Origin: Candidatus Cloacimonadales bacterium
Lineage (GTDB): Bacteria > Cloacimonadota > Cloacimonadia > Cloacimonadales > JAIOQZ01
Assembly (NCBI GenBank): GCA_963665815.1
Contig: OY762463.1
Span: 2,368,001-2,432,000 of the forward strand
Direction: 5' to 3'
DNA: 64,000 nt
The notes under the pieces are model-generated. The model was not told the DNA's origin. It made no database searches and saw nothing but the letters and a program-made list of their open reading frames with translations. Below are positions 61,059-64,000 of this stretch, piece after piece. A program made the position numbers and the translations under genes. The number at the start of each line of letters is the position of its first letter. Positions within the stretch are counted from its first letter, which is position 1.

Positions 61059-61534
61059 TATATAAGCAATTACTTATATAGTTGGTAAAAGATGAAATCT
61101 ACAGAGATTACAGCAGACGTGTTCAAGGCACTTGGTGATCCAACCAGACTTAAGATTCTGAAACTGATTGTTTCCAGAGAGAATCGAGTCTGTGTGGGTA
61201 TGATTGCCAAGTATCTTAATATCAGTCAACCTGCTGTATCTCAACACCTGAAAGTTCTCAAAATCGCAGGAATAGTAGAAGCTCTTCGCGAAGGCTTCCA
61301 CATGCACTATTCTGTCTGCAGCACAGCTCTTAAAGAACAGGGGATAGATATATTTGCATTACTGGATACTTTCGGTTCTGAACTCGACTTTTCTTGCAAT
61401 TGCCATCATCATTCAGGTAAAGGAAACTGCCATCATGAATGATGTCTTTTTTTTGCACAGCATATATAAGTTTATACTTATATAACTAAATATAGATATT
61501 TTTTTTAATTAATAATATAAGTTAATACTAATAT
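61059..61534. promoter_or_regulatory. Three ATATAAG-N6-CT[T/A]ATAT palindromes (putative ArsR operators)
   Basis: At 61060-61079, 61464-61483 and 61515-61534; TTGACA at 61033. Confidence 0.7.
61092..61442 (+). CDS. ArsR/SmtB-family regulator
   Basis: FKALGDPTRLKIL, CVG.IA..L.ISQPAVSQHLKVL; Cys/His-rich tail. Confidence 0.93.
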   Translation: MKSTEITADVFKALGDPTRLKILKLIVSRENRVCVGMIAKYLNISQPAVSQHLKVLKIAGIVEALREGFHMHYSVCSTALKEQGIDIFALLDTFGSELDFSCNCHHHSGKGNCHHE

Positions 61535-61551
61535 AATTATAAGGAGATTGT

Positions 61552-61839
61552 ATGAAAGCTTGTAAAATTAAATTTGAAGCCTTAGACGTAAGATCTGAGA
61601 CCGGTGATTGTGGGGGATTGGCTAAAACAAAGCAGGGAGAATCATTCATCATGGACGGGCGAACACCTGCCGGATGTGGAATGTGTTCAAATGCATTCTG
61701 TGCCCTCAGTAACGCTGCTTTCGTAATGATGGCTACAGACAGCAAATTAACCGGTAAGGATGGTTACATAGACAGAATCTGCCCTCATGGAACAGTAACT
61801 TTCAGAATATCAAGAATAAACTCAGCTGAGATAAAATAA
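61552..61839 (+). CDS. TIGR04076-like Cys-containing protein
   Basis: C......G..F......P.GMC..AF...CP...V.F.I.R pattern. Confidence 0.65.
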   Translation: MKACKIKFEALDVRSETGDCGGLAKTKQGESFIMDGRTPAGCGMCSNAFCALSNAAFVMMATDSKLTGKDGYIDRICPHGTVTFRISRINSAEIK

Positions 61840-61855
61840 AAAAAGGAGAATACTT

Positions 61856-62065
61856 ATGAATTGTCATCATGGACATCATTCAGAAAAATCACACCACGGA
61901 AAACATGGGCATCACGGTCATGGCGAAAACTGCTGCTGCAGTAGCGAGAATCCATTATTATGGACTAAAAAGAAGAAGATTGAACTGCTTCAGCACAAGC
62001 TTGAATGTCTTGAAAAACAGAAACAGGAAATTCAGGAAGCACTTGACGAACTGAACCAGGATTAA
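61856..62065 (+). CDS. Small His/Cys-rich coiled-coil protein
   Basis: HHGHH..HHGKHGHHGHGENCCC plus C-terminal coiled coil; AGGAG RBS. Confidence 0.75.
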   Translation: MNCHHGHHSEKSHHGKHGHHGHGENCCCSSENPLLWTKKKKIELLQHKLECLEKQKQEIQEALDELNQD

Positions 62066-62096
62066 TCAGCCTATGACTTCTTAATCTCTTACATTA

Positions 62097-62146
62097 AGCC
62101 GGAACCGACTTTTCATAAACATGAAATAGTTCTTCCGGCTTTTTTT
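62097..62146 (+). terminator. Intrinsic terminator between convergent genes
   Basis: AAGCCGGAA...TTCCGGCTTTTTT. Confidence 0.65.
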
Positions 62147-64000
62147 ACGTCAACTCCCGCTTATAGTTAAAGGAAGTAGATCCTGAGATTACTCCATTCG
62201 ATTTAACGGCCTTTAAAACTTCTTTCAATTCGCTTTTGGAAGGATCAGTATAAGAAAAGTCTATCAGGAATCGCTTATAACCTATTTTCTTCAATTTATT
62301 CATATAGTGAATATGTGAAACAGGAATTCCCGGAGTTGTTATTGTCATTCCATCCCTGTTAATAATATTCATCGTTTTGCTTCTGTCTTTAAATTCATGT
62401 TTATTTACCGGAACACGTGAAATAAAAAGTTCAGGATAGAAGTAAACAGGTATGATCCCCCGTCTGTCAGACATACTTGTTATGTTAGGATAATCATTCT
62501 CAATCGGAAGCACATAGTCATTTATACCTTCATCAGCAAGGAAACTAATCGTTGCATCATTCATGCAGTATACTTTTTCACCTGATATAATAGTACATTT
62601 ATCTGAGATAAGCTGTTTCTGAGAAATATGCTGAATCACAAAAAATCTGATTCCATTTTTAACAAGCTGCTTTAAAATTTTCCTGTAGTTATCAATTTTG
62701 CTTTCAGGAATAAACACAGGCAGCTCATAAGCAAATTTACCAATATTTTTTCGTAAAAATCCGGTCGTAAAATCTACATTATCGATTTCCTCAGGAGTAA
62801 ACTTCAGAATTATCCTGTTATAATCATCAATATTTATACGCCTGAGCCATTTGAAAGAATCGATTCTGACAATTAATTCTGCTTTCTTACATTTTCTGTT
62901 CAGAGCAATTTTCCGCTTAACAATCTGCAGCCTTTTCCCTGAGAATTTTGATATATTCTTATGCTCTGTCTTTATTTTGGAAGAGAAGTTCTGATTTCCG
63001 AGAGCAGTCAGGAATATCTTATCACCGGGTTTACTATCTGATTCAGGGCTCTCAATTGTCACATAATCGCCTGCTTCGGCATTGTTGACATTCTTACCTC
63101 TAACAAGCATAGATTTGATTTTGATAGCTTTGGAGTCCATCCCATCCTGAGTTTGAACCCGGATTCTGTTACCCTTTTCCAATGGATATTCCGTTCTGAA
63201 AGATATGTCTGAGCCCGACGATTTTTCTATGATGCCTGTTTCAATCCCCGTGAAAGAGTCAGCAAGAACAACATCCTTTATCGTCTCTCCCATGAAGAAC
63301 TCGGTTTTCTTTCTGCCAAAGTCGAACTCAACCTGTTGTCTTGCAACTTCAAGAACATTATCTTCTCCGGGATTATCCAGAACGCTTCTATATGCTTTCG
63401 CTACCCTGTAAACGTATTCAGCGGATTTCATTCTGCCTTCCACTTTTATGGATGCAATACCAAGCTTTCTGAATTTCTCAATATGATGAATTACCTCGAG
63501 ATCACTGAGATTAAACAGATATTCATCATCTTTATTTCCGTCTGCAATGTACTTTCTCCGACAGGGCTGTCTGCATTCTCCCCGATTGGCACTTTTTCCA
63601 CCAAGATAGCTACTGTACAGACAGTACCCTGAAAAAGAATAACAGAGTGCACCATGCACAAATATCTCCAGTTCAATATTGCTTTTGCCTGCAATAGTTT
63701 CTATTTCCCTAAGAGTAAGTTCACGAGATAAAATTACTCGCTCAAATCCCTTTTTCAAGATGAATCCGGTTCCGATAGAGTTATGTATCCCCATCTGAGT
63801 ACTGGCATGGATTACAAGCTGAGGAAAATAATCTTTCATCAGTTTATAGATACCCCAATCCTGAATAATCACTGCATCAACAGGAATCTGAGTCAGAGCT
63901 TGAAGAGTGTGCATCAGTTCGGAGATTTCGTTTTGCTTAAGCAAAGTATTTATTGTAACATATATCTTAACGTTGTTCGTTCTGGCAATCCCTGTCATCG
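62145..64000 (-). CDS. U32-family protein (RlhA-like), 5' end outside the window
   Basis: HASTQ, ILSREL, EIFVHGALCYSFSGYC, SANRGECRQPCR and KVEGRMK motifs. Confidence 0.9.
   Translation of the reverse strand, partial: MTGIARTNNVKIYVTINTLLKQNEISELMHTLQALTQIPVDAVIIQDWGIYKLMKDYFPQLVIHASTQMGIHNSIGTGFILKKGFERVILSRELTLREIETIAGKSNIELEIFVHGALCYSFSGYCLYSSYLGGKSANRGECRQPCRRKYIADGNKDDEYLFNLSDLEVIHHIEKFRKLGIASIKVEGRMKSAEYVYRVAKAYRSVLDNPGEDNVLEVARQQVEFDFGRKKTEFFMGETIKDVVLADSFTGIETGIIEKSSGSDISFRTEYPLEKGNRIRVQTQDGMDSKAIKIKSMLVRGKNVNNAEAGDYVTIESPESDSKPGDKIFLTALGNQNFSSKIKTEHKNISKFSGKRLQIVKRKIALNRKCKKAELIVRIDSFKWLRRINIDDYNRIILKFTPEEIDNVDFTTGFLRKNIGKFAYELPVFIPESKIDNYRKILKQLVKNGIRFFVIQHISQKQLISDKCTIISGEKVYCMNDATISFLADEGINDYVLPIENDYPNITSMSDRRGIIPVYFYPELFISRVPVNKHEFKDRSKTMNIINRDGMTITTPGIPVSHIHYMNKLKKIGYKRFLIDFSYTDPSKSELKEVLKAVKSNGVISGSTSFNYKRELT

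Overview
A bacterial chromosomal window of roughly 35% GC (estimated by eye). Its gene content (FlgD-Ig-tailed secreted proteins, a PorV-like barrel, DivIVA-PNP-DksA-lspA synteny, an anaerobic Rnf-type complex) resembles an FCB-group anaerobe such as Ca. Cloacimonadota; this taxonomy is inference only. From left to right: a partial S8 peptidase, an rnfDGEA + nqrF-like hybrid operon with no rnfB/rnfC/nqrA, assorted lipoproteins (two D-glucuronyl C5-epimerase-like paralogues), a GH29 fucosidase and a HipBST-type toxin-antitoxin locus with three operators. Next come a sigma54-controlled MacAB-like exporter, a decayed RHS toxin-tip/immunity cassette bounded by ~105-bp direct repeats, and a long minus-strand housekeeping run (acyP to lspA plus a surface protein and a PorV-like barrel). 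The right part holds a highly structured ~210-bp non-coding element, an Ig-repeat lipoprotein, an ABC transporter with twin permeases, a Gabija-like OLD/UvrD defence pair (frameshifted) flanked by imperfect REP-like inverted repeats, an ArsR mini-regulon and a partial U32 protein. No rRNA, tRNA, CRISPR array, integrase or transposase was seen. Family assignments come from motifs recognised by eye, not from database searches.
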